Positions 1 through 9,135 of a stretch of DNA of 53,860 bases are shown here, piece by piece (position 1 is the stretch's first letter; every line of letters starts with the position of its first letter). Where the stretch lies: positions 1 to 53,860 of the forward strand of contig JADFCW010000004.1 in NCBI GenBank assembly GCA_017161705.1. The letters run 5' to 3'. The translations under genes and the position numbers were made by a program. The notes beneath the pieces were generated by a model. It did no database searches, was not told the origin of the DNA, and saw only the letters and a list, made by a program, of their open reading frames with translations. Source of the DNA: Candidatus Sumerlaeota bacterium (lineage in GTDB: Bacteria; Sumerlaeota; Sumerlaeia; JADFCW01).

Positions 1-881
1 AACGCCGCGATGTTGGCCAACATCGCGTCGGACCGCCGGACAATCATCAGAATAAACGCTGTGTCTCGAATGTAAGCATAGCCGAGGATATAGGGCTGGC
101 CGTTGCGGTCCACGCCTTCTTGCACCTCCGGCAACTCCGAGTAAGGCGGACTGGAAACGGGGCTGGGTTCGAGGATGCCTCCGCCCAGGCGCGACGGCGT
201 TTGGAGGATGCCAGCCTGATTGATGATAAACACATCGGTCGAGGGGCCGATGCTCAAGGATGCCACTTGCTGGGTGAGCGCCTTGGTGTCAAACGTGGCA
301 CGGACAATGTAAAACCGGCCGTCGCTGGTCTCGTGCTTGACTGCCACGGCGAAATGCGGAATATGCCGGTGGCCGACAAACACATCGCTGAAATACGTCC
401 TCCGATACAGAATCTCGTGGAACCACTCCTGATCGCTATAGTCTTTTCCCTTGAGATCATACGGCCCCACATAGGCTCGCTGCAACCCGTCCGAGTCAAT
501 GACTCCCAGGTCCACATAGTTGCCGAACGAGTTGCGCAGATGATACAGGACGCGCTGCAGCTCGGTCTCATCGCTGAGTGCTTCGTAGGTTCGTTCCGCC
601 GTGATCAAGCGCAGTCCTGCAATGGATTGTTGGACAAAGCTCTCCAGCGAAGCGCGCGCATTGGACGCCAGCTGAAAAACATCGCGGTTCAGCTCCGCCT
701 TGATTGCTTCCGCATAATGCGAATAGCTGGCGATCGTTGTGATGACAAGAGGGATGATGGAGAAGGCGGAGGTAATCAAGACCAGAATGGCCCAGAGCCG
801 GCGGTAGGCACTGTCGCGCGGCTCGGAGAAATCCACACGGCCTTTCCCCCCAAAGAGTCGTCCCAGAAGCAGCTTCCACAT
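1..881 (-). CDS. Membrane sensor protein, N-terminal part (TM helix plus Cache/PAS-like extracytoplasmic domain). Probable histidine kinase partner of the adjacent receiver protein. The 3' end lies beyond the window start.
   Basis: Absent from the ORF track because no stop codon falls in the window. Manual translation of the minus strand from the ATG at 881..879 stays open to position 1: MWKLLLGRLFGGKGRVDFSEPRDSAYRRLWAILVLITSAFSIIPLVITTIASYSHYAEAIK...YFSDVFVGHRHIPHFAVAVKHETSDGRFYIVRATFDTKAL...DVFIINQAGILQTP. It shows one hydrophobic TM segment followed by a Cache-like pattern. The start lies 2 nt after the stop of the receiver gene at 884. Confidence 0.5.
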   Translation of the reverse strand, partial: MWKLLLGRLFGGKGRVDFSEPRDSAYRRLWAILVLITSAFSIIPLVITTIASYSHYAEAIKAELNRDVFQLASNARASLESFVQQSIAGLRLITAERTYEALSDETELQRVLYHLRNSFGNYVDLGVIDSDGLQRAYVGPYDLKGKDYSDQEWFHEILYRRTYFSDVFVGHRHIPHFAVAVKHETSDGRFYIVRATFDTKALTQQVASLSIGPSTDVFIINQAGILQTPSRLGGGILEPSPVSSPPYSELPEVQEGVDRNGQPYILGYAYIRDTAFILMIVRRSDAMLANIAA

Positions 882-883
882 GA

Positions 884-2104
884 TCAAGATCCGCTTTTGC
901 CGGACCGCTGGATCTTCTGGTGGGCTTCCTTCATGACCCGAGTCAGCACGGCCAGGTCCACCGGTTTCTCCAGATAGGCAAATGCGCCGAGTTCCTTGGC
1001 CATGCGCTCGTCGGCTTCCGAGCCATGACCGGTCAGGATGATGACCTCGACCGCCGGACGCTCGCGTTTGATCCGGCGAAGAACCTCCATGCCGTCTATG
1101 CCCGGCATCTTCAGGTCCAGGATCATCACTTCGGGCTCGTCGCGCCGCACGGCTTCGAGCGCCTGTTCGCCGTCATAGGCGACGGCCGGCTGCAATTCCC
1201 GCGCCCGCAAGCGATCCGACAAAGTCTCCACAAACTCCCGTTCGTCGTCCACGAGGAGAACCTTGATCGGAGGTTCAGCTTCGAGCGGGCCGAACGGCGT
1301 TTCCATTTGCACGGAAGCATCCACGCGGACCGAGACATCGAGGACGCCGGGGACCTCGCTGGCAAGGCGGCGCAGCTTCGCTTCGAGGCGCTTCCTCATA
1401 AAGACCTCCCGGTCCAACGTAATCAGAACCCGGCCGTTCTCGGAAGTCACGCGAAAAAAGTAGCCTTGCTCGACCAACCGCCGGTTCACTTCCGCCGCCA
1501 GAAGAAAGTCGCGGGCGGCCTGGCGCGAGCTCTCGGTCGGCTGAAGCGCCGGCCGACGGGCATGCTCGCAGATGCGTTCGATTGCATCCGCTGGCGGCCG
1601 CTCCTGCATGGGAAGAACCATGTCATAGAGCTGGGGGTCCCATGGTTTTCGCATGGTAAGTCGAAAGACCCAGTCATAACAAGCGTGGTCGTCGGCCTGG
1701 ATCATCCTGGCAGCTTTTCGGGCGGAAACTCCAAGCGCTTTCCGGGCCGCTTCGATCCGCCAGTCGCGGTTGGCAATCAGACAAACGCGCAGAACATGCG
1801 AGATTGCGCGGGGAATCAAATGACCCGCAAAGCCGTAATACACCAAATCCGAATCCTGAATCAAACCGGCCAGCGTCAGCCTCAGGCAGGCGAGGCACCG
1901 CTCGCGCTCGCGGGTGAAGCTGTTCAGAAGCGAGCGGCGGCCGCACAAAACGCGGCGGATCTTCTCTGGGGTCATCCCAAATTGCGCTGCGGTCTTTTCG
2001 ACCAAATCGTCGGCCACCAGCGGATATCCCATCTCGCGGGCCACGCCGCGGGCTACCTCATCCGCCCCGCAGTAGGATCCGCTGAAGAGGGTGATGATGG
2101 GCAT
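884..2104 (-). CDS. Cytidylate-kinase-like (Cytidylate_kin2-type) / BON-like / C-terminal receiver (REC) domain protein
   Basis: 406-aa ORF. The N-terminal half fits the cytidylate kinase-like family pattern (ITLFSGSYCGADEVARGVAREMGYPLVADDLV ... RVCLIANRDWRIEAARKALGVS ... LYDMVL). The middle is BON-like (GRVLITLDREV...VPGVLDVSVRV). The last ~120 aa are a CheY-type receiver (KVLLVDDEREF, VMILDLKMPGIDG, VIILTGHG, AFAYLEKP). Confidence 0.75.
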   Translation of the reverse strand: MPIITLFSGSYCGADEVARGVAREMGYPLVADDLVEKTAAQFGMTPEKIRRVLCGRRSLLNSFTRERERCLACLRLTLAGLIQDSDLVYYGFAGHLIPRAISHVLRVCLIANRDWRIEAARKALGVSARKAARMIQADDHACYDWVFRLTMRKPWDPQLYDMVLPMQERPPADAIERICEHARRPALQPTESSRQAARDFLLAAEVNRRLVEQGYFFRVTSENGRVLITLDREVFMRKRLEAKLRRLASEVPGVLDVSVRVDASVQMETPFGPLEAEPPIKVLLVDDEREFVETLSDRLRARELQPAVAYDGEQALEAVRRDEPEVMILDLKMPGIDGMEVLRRIKRERPAVEVIILTGHGSEADERMAKELGAFAYLEKPVDLAVLTRVMKEAHQKIQRSGKSGS

Positions 2105-2156
2105 GGACAGACTCCTTTCCGCGCCGACAGGCTCCGGCGGCGCGGCGTGCGTCCGG

Positions 2157-4340
2157 TTACACGGGCGCCGCCTTTTTCTTGAACCGGACGAATTTCAACG
2201 GGCAATCCGCGGCGCGCGGGCAGTCTTCGCCGCTAAAACACAAGATATCCACGGCCGTCGCAACATTGGGATAAAAGTGGTCCCGCCCGATCCGGTCATA
2301 CAGTCCTGTTCGTTTCATCACATCCAGAACTGCGTCGTTGACTCCGCTCATGGACAGATCATAGCCAGCCTCGCGCAGGCGCTTGACCAGTTTGGCCAGC
2401 ATCTCCTCGCCCGACGCATCCATTTCGTTGATGCCGTTGCTGACGATGAGAATGTGTTTGACGCCGGGCATCGAAGCCACACGGTCCAAAATGGCCTCTT
2501 CCAGATAATTGACGCTGGCAAAAAACAGCGACCCGTTGAATCGGATCACCGCAATGCGGTCGCACGTCTCCAGCCCCCAGCGCTCGGCGCTCCGATAGGC
2601 GCCGTCGGGATGCTTCGATAGAAACGCGATTTCCGGCTTCATGTTCTTGAGCAGGAACAAAGCGATGGTCAGGACCACGCCCACCAGAATTCCCTGGTCG
2701 AGTTCCGGTGCGAGAATCAGCGTGCTGAAAAACGTGATCACCGCAATTGCGCCGTCGCTCTGGTGCACCCTCCAGTGATAGACAAATGCGCGGATATTGA
2801 TCAACCCCAATACAGCCATCATGATGATCGCCGCCAGGACCGACTGCGGGAGATAGTAGAGCAGCGGGGTAAAAAACAATAGCGTAACCACGACCATAGC
2901 GCTGCTGAAGGCGCTCGAAAAGCCTGTCACAGCTCCCGCCTGCAAATTTACCGCCGAGCGCGAAAAGGAGCCTGACACCGGATAGCTTTGCGTGAACGCG
3001 CCGACGATATTCGCCAGACCCTGTCCGATCAATTCGCGGTTGGGATTTAGTCTCTGGCCCGTTCGGGTCGCCATGGCTTTGGCAATGGAGATGGCTTCCA
3101 TAAAGCCGATCAGCGAGATGATAACTGCCATCGAAGCAAGATGGCCCACCGCCGACAGCTCCAGGTGCGGAAGGCGCAAACTTGGCAGACCTTTTGGAAT
3201 GGCGCCGACAACGGCGCCCCCTGCCGTCATGGTCAGGGCGTCTTCCGGGAGCCGGCCTTCGCCGACTTTCAGCCTCCAAATCCTTCCATGGGCCCGATTC
3301 TCGTTGTCGCTTTCTGTTCGCAGAATAAATCGCGGCGGGCCCTGAGCCGTTGCCGGACTGAGAAAAAGAAAGCCTCGCAGCTGGCTGCGCAGCGCGCGTG
3401 CGTCCTCTTTCATCTGTTCATCCTGAAGCGCGAGAATGGCCAGCTCGTGTTGGACCCTCGCGGCCTCGACGGAATGCGCGCCGTAGGCTGCTTTGGCCCG
3501 GCTGTAGTCCTCCGCTTTCCGGACCCGCTCGACCCCTTTGGCCTCGATCTCCGACAAAATGGCGTTGTACTGCCGAATCCCTTTCTGAACGGCTGGCGAA
3601 TCAATCTCGCCGATGGTAATTTTTTTTTGGCACTCAAATCCCAGCAAATAAGAAAGGACTACCGTACACAAAGCCGCCACCAGGACATAGGGAACCCGGG
3701 GCGCCAGCTGTTTCAGAACCAGCATCAGCACCAGCGCAAAGGTTCCCATCGCCAGTGTCGGCCAATGCGTGTATTGCAGGGCGGCCATAACCACTTTTAC
3801 CACCGTCTCGTAATGGTGCCGGCCGCTGTCCACCGACACGCCAAGAAACGCCGCCAGCTGGGAGGTAGCGATAATCAGCGCCGCCGCATTGGTGAATCCC
3901 GTCACCACGGGATGGGAAAGAAGATTGACCACCAGTCCTAGCCGCAGGACCCCGAGGGCAAATTGAAACATACCCACCATCAGTGCGAGAAGGATCGCAT
4001 ACTGGATAAATCCCGGCGATCCATGCGCGGCCAACGGCTCCAGCGCTGTGGCGGTCATCAGCGACACAATGGCGACGGGGCCGGTGGCCAGCTGGGCGCT
4101 CGAACCAAACAGCGCGGCAACCACGGGCGGAAGAAAGGAGGCGTAGAGACCGTAGTAGGGCGGCAAACCGGCCAGCTGGGCATAGGCCATGGACTGGGGG
4201 ATCAAAACAAAGGCGACGGTCAGCCCTGCAAAAAAGTCGGCCTGCAGATGCGCAACCGAATAACCTTTAAGCCACCGCAGAAAGGGAAAAAGGCCTAGAA
4301 GGATAGCGGCCGATGTTTGCTTCTGTGTTGCCGTCGGCAT
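2157..4340 (-). CDS. sulP: SulP family sulfate/anion permease with C-terminal STAS domain, carrying a ~140-aa insertion
   Basis: 727-aa ORF. SulP hallmarks are LRWLKGYS, DFFAGLTVAFVLIPQSMAYAQLAGLPPYYGLYASF, many TM segments and GAIPKGLPSL. The C-terminal STAS-like region includes IAVIRFNGSLFFASVNYLEE...HILIVSNGINEMDASGEEML. It starts 25 nt after the qmoC stop. Confidence 0.9.
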   Translation of the reverse strand: MPTATQKQTSAAILLGLFPFLRWLKGYSVAHLQADFFAGLTVAFVLIPQSMAYAQLAGLPPYYGLYASFLPPVVAALFGSSAQLATGPVAIVSLMTATALEPLAAHGSPGFIQYAILLALMVGMFQFALGVLRLGLVVNLLSHPVVTGFTNAAALIIATSQLAAFLGVSVDSGRHHYETVVKVVMAALQYTHWPTLAMGTFALVLMLVLKQLAPRVPYVLVAALCTVVLSYLLGFECQKKITIGEIDSPAVQKGIRQYNAILSEIEAKGVERVRKAEDYSRAKAAYGAHSVEAARVQHELAILALQDEQMKEDARALRSQLRGFLFLSPATAQGPPRFILRTESDNENRAHGRIWRLKVGEGRLPEDALTMTAGGAVVGAIPKGLPSLRLPHLELSAVGHLASMAVIISLIGFMEAISIAKAMATRTGQRLNPNRELIGQGLANIVGAFTQSYPVSGSFSRSAVNLQAGAVTGFSSAFSSAMVVVTLLFFTPLLYYLPQSVLAAIIMMAVLGLINIRAFVYHWRVHQSDGAIAVITFFSTLILAPELDQGILVGVVLTIALFLLKNMKPEIAFLSKHPDGAYRSAERWGLETCDRIAVIRFNGSLFFASVNYLEEAILDRVASMPGVKHILIVSNGINEMDASGEEMLAKLVKRLREAGYDLSMSGVNDAVLDVMKRTGLYDRIGRDHFYPNVATAVDILCFSGEDCPRAADCPLKFVRFKKKAAPV

Positions 4341-4365
4341 GGGACTTCCCCTGCCGGAATGGGCA

Positions 4366-5586
4366 TCACGCGGCTTTCTTTTCTTCCAACGCCCCAGCGC
4401 CTAGTGCCCCTTGCGCTGCTTCGCGTCCGGAATATCGGCAGTAGATCATCGCCACGGTCCGATAAAGCAGATGGGCAAATTTGGAGTAAGGAAGATAGAC
4501 CAGCAGGAAAAACACAAACAGAAGATGAACGAAATACCAGCCGTAAGCAGGAATCGGCGTATTGACCAGCCGTGCAGCCTGGCAAATCATCCCCGTTACG
4601 ACCGTCAATCCAATCACGGCCAGAAACAACCAGTCATTGTAGCCGCTGGCCGGCGCCAGTTTTCCCCCGCGCAGCCGTACCGCGATCACGATCGCCAGAC
4701 CGGCCAAAAACACGACGCCGCCGAGATTGCCCAGCAACTTTACCGGATGCCATAGGCTCATAAACGGATAGCCGATCGTGTAGTATGCAAGGGCCGCCAA
4801 ACAGGTGGTCAGGAACATGGCGCCGAAGCCGTAAAACAGCAGGAGATGGCCCCAATAGCGGTTGGCCGTCGCCTCGCATTGCGTGAATTTTTTGTGGAGC
4901 AGGATTTCCTTGATGGTTTCAACGGCGCAGGCGATCAGGCTGGGGCTGCCCTCAGCCCGCCTGCCGCCCGCCCGTGCATCCATGGCCTTCCAGTAACGGA
5001 CCAGTCCGGCCAGAGCGCCGAGCAAGGCCAGACCGACGAAGGCCGTGAAAAAGATGATGATGGGATAGTGGGCGAAGAAGTGATCGAAGTTGGCCTGCTT
5101 GAATCCCTGTCCGTCGGGCAGAAAAATACCGGCGGCGAAAAAGTGCGAGCTCCCTTCGGGTCTGGCCGAAAATCCGCCCGTCGCCCAGATCGCCAGCGCC
5201 ATAAGCACGGCCGGAATTGCAAACAGAACGGGGAGCCATTTGGGCGATGCCACCATGCGCGCCAATATACTGGGCACCGCGTAGTGCTCGACGACCTGCT
5301 GGCGCACTGCCGCCAGCACATCGCCCGGATTGGCTCCGCGCGGGCACAACTGCGAGCAGTCGTTGCACTGGTGGCACATCCAGACATCGGGGTCGGCCAT
5401 CAGGCGGTCTTTGAGGCCCCACTGCGCCCAAAGCACTTCTTTGCGAGGAAAGGGTTCGGTGTCGGGCGACAAAGGGCAGGCCACCGTGCACGTGCCGCAC
5501 TGAAAGCATTTTTTCAGGGTGTCGCTATCGGCCAACAGCCGCCGCTTGAATTGAAGGTCGGGTTCAATCCATACCGGTTCTGCCAT
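4366..5586 (-). CDS. qmoC: Quinone-interacting membrane-bound oxidoreductase subunit C (HdrC-like Fe-S domain fused to HdrE/NarI-like membrane domain)
   Basis: 406 aa. Two ferredoxin-type motifs (CFQCGTCTVACP and CHQCNDCSQLCP) are followed by about 6 hydrophobic helices. It sits directly downstream of qmoB. Confidence 0.88.
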   Translation of the reverse strand: MAEPVWIEPDLQFKRRLLADSDTLKKCFQCGTCTVACPLSPDTEPFPRKEVLWAQWGLKDRLMADPDVWMCHQCNDCSQLCPRGANPGDVLAAVRQQVVEHYAVPSILARMVASPKWLPVLFAIPAVLMALAIWATGGFSARPEGSSHFFAAGIFLPDGQGFKQANFDHFFAHYPIIIFFTAFVGLALLGALAGLVRYWKAMDARAGGRRAEGSPSLIACAVETIKEILLHKKFTQCEATANRYWGHLLLFYGFGAMFLTTCLAALAYYTIGYPFMSLWHPVKLLGNLGGVVFLAGLAIVIAVRLRGGKLAPASGYNDWLFLAVIGLTVVTGMICQAARLVNTPIPAYGWYFVHLLFVFFLLVYLPYSKFAHLLYRTVAMIYCRYSGREAAQGALGAGALEEKKAA

Positions 5587-5616
5587 GATTTTCCCCCACA
5601 GTCCGTGCCGAATTCG

Positions 5617-7821
5617 CTACATTCCCTTGAACGGGTTGAATCCCACTTCTTTGATGGTTTCCATGAAGCCGCCGATCAATTCAGGAATCCGGTGATATTC
5701 CGTCAGCGCGAGCTGTTCCAGTCGTACGCGTTCGGATTCGAGAACCATGCTGGTCAGCGCTTCCTGAATATTGTCGCTGCGCGTGTTCATCAGCTCGCTG
5801 CCCTTGATAAAGTGGCACTGATAATCGTCGCCGTATTTGCAGCCGATCATCAGGATGCCGTCAAATCCGCGCGACAGAGCGTCCTTGATCCACACGACGT
5901 TGATCGAACCGAGGCATCGCACCGGGATGATGCGGATGTTGGGATCATACCCGAGGCGATAGCGGCCGGCAATGTCGAACGCCGGATAGGCGTCGTTCTC
6001 GCAAACCAGAACCAGCACTCGCGGTTTCTCTTCGGTCTCGTCGGGCACCTCGACCGCCTTAATCATCGCGCTCATCATCTCGATGCTGTAGGTGGCGAAA
6101 TTGATGATGCGCTCGGGGCAGGCGCCCATACAAATCCCGCAGCGCCGGCAGCGCGTGGGATTGGGCTCGGGCGTCCCCTTGACGTCTTCGTTGAGCGCTC
6201 CGAAGGGACATTCTTCCGTGCAGCGTTTGCATTGCGTGCAGCGTTTGAGATAGAAATCCGGCCAGCTCAGGTCGTTGGCCCGCGGATGGACCGCCGCGCC
6301 CCGCGCGGTCATCGCAATGCACTGCAGGGCTTTGAGGGCCGCGCCCGATGCATCGCGCACGGCCGCCGCGCTGTCCATCGGCTGGCGCACACAACCGGCG
6401 GCATAAATGCCTGTGCGGCGGGTTTCATACGGGAAACAAATGAAGTGCGAGTTGGGAAATCCATATTGGTCCACCGGCAGGTCGCCGCCTTGCCGATAGG
6501 CCAGATGGAGAATTTGTGCATTGAGCGTCGAAGGCACCATGCCGGTGGCCAGAACCACGAGGTCGGCCTTGATCTGGATGTTCTCGCCCAGGAGGGCGTT
6601 GCGCACTTGAATGACGAGGCTTTTGTCGGGCTCTTCGGCCACCTCGGCCACCTCGCCTTTGGTCAGGAAAATGCCCTCGTCCTCCTGCACGCGGCGATAG
6701 AAGTTTTCATACTGGCCCGGCGTTCGCATGTCCTTGTAGAGGACATAGACCTGCGCGTCGGGGTTCTGCTCGCGGATATACACGGCCTGCTTGAGCGAGG
6801 TCATGCAGCAGGTGGTGGAGCAGTAGGGAAGACGTTCGGGGTCGCGCGAGCCGGCACATTGAATAAACGCCACGCGGCGCGCGGGCCGGCCGTCGGATGG
6901 GCGGACGATTTTCCCCGCCTTTGCCATAGCCTCCAACTCCGCGTGCGTGATTACATTCTGGCAGCGGCCAAAGCCCAAGTGAGCCAGTTGCGCGGCATCA
7001 TAGGGCCGGGCGCCCGTGGCCAGGATGATGGCGCCGATTTGAAATTCCTTCCTGGCGCCCGTGGTTTCCGTCTTCGCCGCCTCGGCTCCTGCTTGCTCCG
7101 GTTTCTGCCCGTTGCCCTGCCGAATCGTCACGCCGAACATTCCCGGCTGGCCGGTGATTTGCTCGATCTCCACGGAGAGCAACACCTCGATGTCCGGGCA
7201 TTTGCACACTTCCTCGATTTTTCGGGCAATCTCGGGGACTTCGAGGTCGCGGTAAGGCGGTTTTTGCGGCGTATCGCGATGGAGGCCGGCGACATGGCCG
7301 CCGAGAGCAGACTCTTTTTCGACGAGAACCACTTTTGCACCCGCACGCGCGCAATCCAGCGCCGCGGTCAGGCCGGTCAGGCCGCCGCCGACCACCAGCA
7401 CGGAGTTGTGAACCGCCGGGGCGATGTACGGCTCGGGGATATCGGTTTTCCTGGCCTTTGCCACGGCCATCCGCATAATGTCTTCGGCCAGCATCCGCGT
7501 GTCGTCCGGATCCTCGTCCGCCATTCGACGCCAGGCCATTTGCTCGCGCAGATTTGCCCGCTCGACAATGGTCGGCGGCGGGAAGGCAAACAGGTCGGTG
7601 TTCACGCGGCCGGAGCACGCGCCGATGACCACGGTGCACGGACGCTCGCCCGTCAGGTCTTTCCGGATCGCAGCCAAACCCTCCTCGCTGCATAGACAGG
7701 GATGCGTGATGCAGCTGGCGGGTTTGGAGTCTTTCTGTACCGTTTTTGCCAGCGCCTCGATATCCACGGCTTCCCCGATGCCGCAGCCGCTGCACAGATA
7801 CACTCGGATGTCTCGTTCCAT
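5617..7821 (-). CDS. qmoB: Quinone-interacting membrane-bound oxidoreductase subunit B (HdrA-like flavoprotein with 2x[4Fe-4S] and MvhD-like C-terminus)
   Basis: 734 aa. FAD fold VVGGGLTGLTAALDCA. HdrA-like CAGSRD..LPYCS..CC motif. Ferredoxin motifs CTQCKRCTEECP and CRRCGICMGACP. The C-terminus is MvhD-like (VLVCENDAYPAFD...GCKYGDDYQCHF). Confidence 0.9.
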   Translation of the reverse strand: MERDIRVYLCSGCGIGEAVDIEALAKTVQKDSKPASCITHPCLCSEEGLAAIRKDLTGERPCTVVIGACSGRVNTDLFAFPPPTIVERANLREQMAWRRMADEDPDDTRMLAEDIMRMAVAKARKTDIPEPYIAPAVHNSVLVVGGGLTGLTAALDCARAGAKVVLVEKESALGGHVAGLHRDTPQKPPYRDLEVPEIARKIEEVCKCPDIEVLLSVEIEQITGQPGMFGVTIRQGNGQKPEQAGAEAAKTETTGARKEFQIGAIILATGARPYDAAQLAHLGFGRCQNVITHAELEAMAKAGKIVRPSDGRPARRVAFIQCAGSRDPERLPYCSTTCCMTSLKQAVYIREQNPDAQVYVLYKDMRTPGQYENFYRRVQEDEGIFLTKGEVAEVAEEPDKSLVIQVRNALLGENIQIKADLVVLATGMVPSTLNAQILHLAYRQGGDLPVDQYGFPNSHFICFPYETRRTGIYAAGCVRQPMDSAAAVRDASGAALKALQCIAMTARGAAVHPRANDLSWPDFYLKRCTQCKRCTEECPFGALNEDVKGTPEPNPTRCRRCGICMGACPERIINFATYSIEMMSAMIKAVEVPDETEEKPRVLVLVCENDAYPAFDIAGRYRLGYDPNIRIIPVRCLGSINVVWIKDALSRGFDGILMIGCKYGDDYQCHFIKGSELMNTRSDNIQEALTSMVLESERVRLEQLALTEYHRIPELIGGFMETIKEVGFNPFKGM

Positions 7822-7833
7822 GCTGGAATTCCC

Positions 7834-9135
7834 TCAGGCAGTAATGGACGGAGTGGACGTTGTGGAATGAATCCACTGGATCGCTTTGATGGCCGCTCCC
7901 GTGGCGTCTTGAATGGCTGTGGCCACGTCGGTCGGCCCTTTGGCTGTGCCGGCCGGAACGATCCCGGGCAACTGGCCGTCGGGCGCGCAGAAGCCGTATT
8001 CGTCGCAGACCAGTTGGAGCGGCAGAGGCGCGGTGCGCACACTGGGCACCATGCCGGTGGCCAGAACGACCAGGTCAGCCCGCATTCGCAGTTTGCCGCC
8101 GCCGAGAATGTCCTCGACCTCGATGTTGAGATCGCGCGTGGCCGGGTCTTCCCGGACTTTGGCCACTTTGCCTTTCTGCACCACGATGGCCGGATCGTTT
8201 TGCATACGCGTGAGGAAGTCCTCAAAAATGCCGCCGGCGCGCAGGTCTATATAAAACACATAGGCTTTCGATTCCGGGTTTTGCTCGCGCAGGTAGCCGG
8301 CCTGCTTCAGCGAGGCCAGACAACATACGCTCGAGCAGTAGGGCAAGTGGTTTTCGTCGCGGCTGCCCGCGCATTGCACAAACACGGCCGTCTGCACGGG
8401 CTTTCCGTCCGACGGCCGCAGGATCTTTCCCTGCGTCGGGCCGTTCGGCGCCGCCAGACGCTCCATCATCACGTTGGTGATGACGTTGGCGCATGTGCCG
8501 AATCCGAGATTGGCGAGGCCCGAGGCATCATTGGGCACCCAGCCCGTCGCCACGACAATCGCGCCGACGTTCAAGGTGATCCGCGTGCTCTTCATGTCAA
8601 GGTCTATCGCGCCGTATTGGCACGCTTCGACACACTTGGCGCATTCCTTCCCCTTGCAGGTTTTCATATCGATCACATAGCGCATCGGCAGGGCCATCGC
8701 GTGGGGAAGGTAAATGGCCCTGGTTGTGCCCAGACCATAGTCGTTCTCGCTAGGCCGCTCGACCGGACAGACCTTGGTGCAGTCATCGCAGGCCGTGCAC
8801 TTCTGGTTGACATAGCGGGGCTGGATTTCAAGCGTCGCTTCAAAGGCGCCGACCCGGCCTGTGATGGCGACCGCGCGGGCCAGCGTCAGCACTTTGATTT
8901 TGTCGTGGGCTTTTCGGATCCGCTGGTAATTGATCTCCAGTCCGCAGGCGGGCGGGCACAGCTTGGGAAAATACTTGTTCATCAAAGCGACGCGTCCGCC
9001 CAGCGACGCCGTCTGTTCCGCCAGATAGACCTCATAACCCATCTCGGCGAGTTCGACCGCCGCCGTGATTCCGCTGATCCCGCCGCCGAGAACCAGTATG
9101 GCGTTGGAGCGCGATTTTCCGTTATCCTGACTCAT
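7834..9135 (-). CDS. qmoA: Quinone-interacting membrane-bound oxidoreductase subunit A (HdrA-like flavoprotein)
   Basis: 433 aa. FAD fold ILVLGGGISGITAAVELAE. Fe-S motifs CTACDDCTKVCP and CAKCVEACQYG. HdrA-like CAGSRDENHLPYCSSVCC. It stops 12 nt before the qmoB start. Confidence 0.9.
   Translation of the reverse strand: MSQDNGKSRSNAILVLGGGISGITAAVELAEMGYEVYLAEQTASLGGRVALMNKYFPKLCPPACGLEINYQRIRKAHDKIKVLTLARAVAITGRVGAFEATLEIQPRYVNQKCTACDDCTKVCPVERPSENDYGLGTTRAIYLPHAMALPMRYVIDMKTCKGKECAKCVEACQYGAIDLDMKSTRITLNVGAIVVATGWVPNDASGLANLGFGTCANVITNVMMERLAAPNGPTQGKILRPSDGKPVQTAVFVQCAGSRDENHLPYCSSVCCLASLKQAGYLREQNPESKAYVFYIDLRAGGIFEDFLTRMQNDPAIVVQKGKVAKVREDPATRDLNIEVEDILGGGKLRMRADLVVLATGMVPSVRTAPLPLQLVCDEYGFCAPDGQLPGIVPAGTAKGPTDVATAIQDATGAAIKAIQWIHSTTSTPSITA

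Noticed and set aside
120-977. 285-aa plus-strand ORF at the left edge
   Set aside because: It lies antisense to an uninterrupted minus-strand frame (1..881). That frame has a clear TM plus Cache-like sensor sequence and starts 2 nt after the receiver gene stop. The plus-strand product is low-complexity and Arg/Gly/Ala-rich, as expected of a high-GC shadow ORF.
4846-7695. 949-aa plus-strand ORF
   Set aside because: Antisense shadow of qmoC and qmoB. No recognisable motifs and a composition typical of reverse-frame translation in GC-rich DNA. The minus-strand genes have unmistakable Fe-S and FAD motifs.
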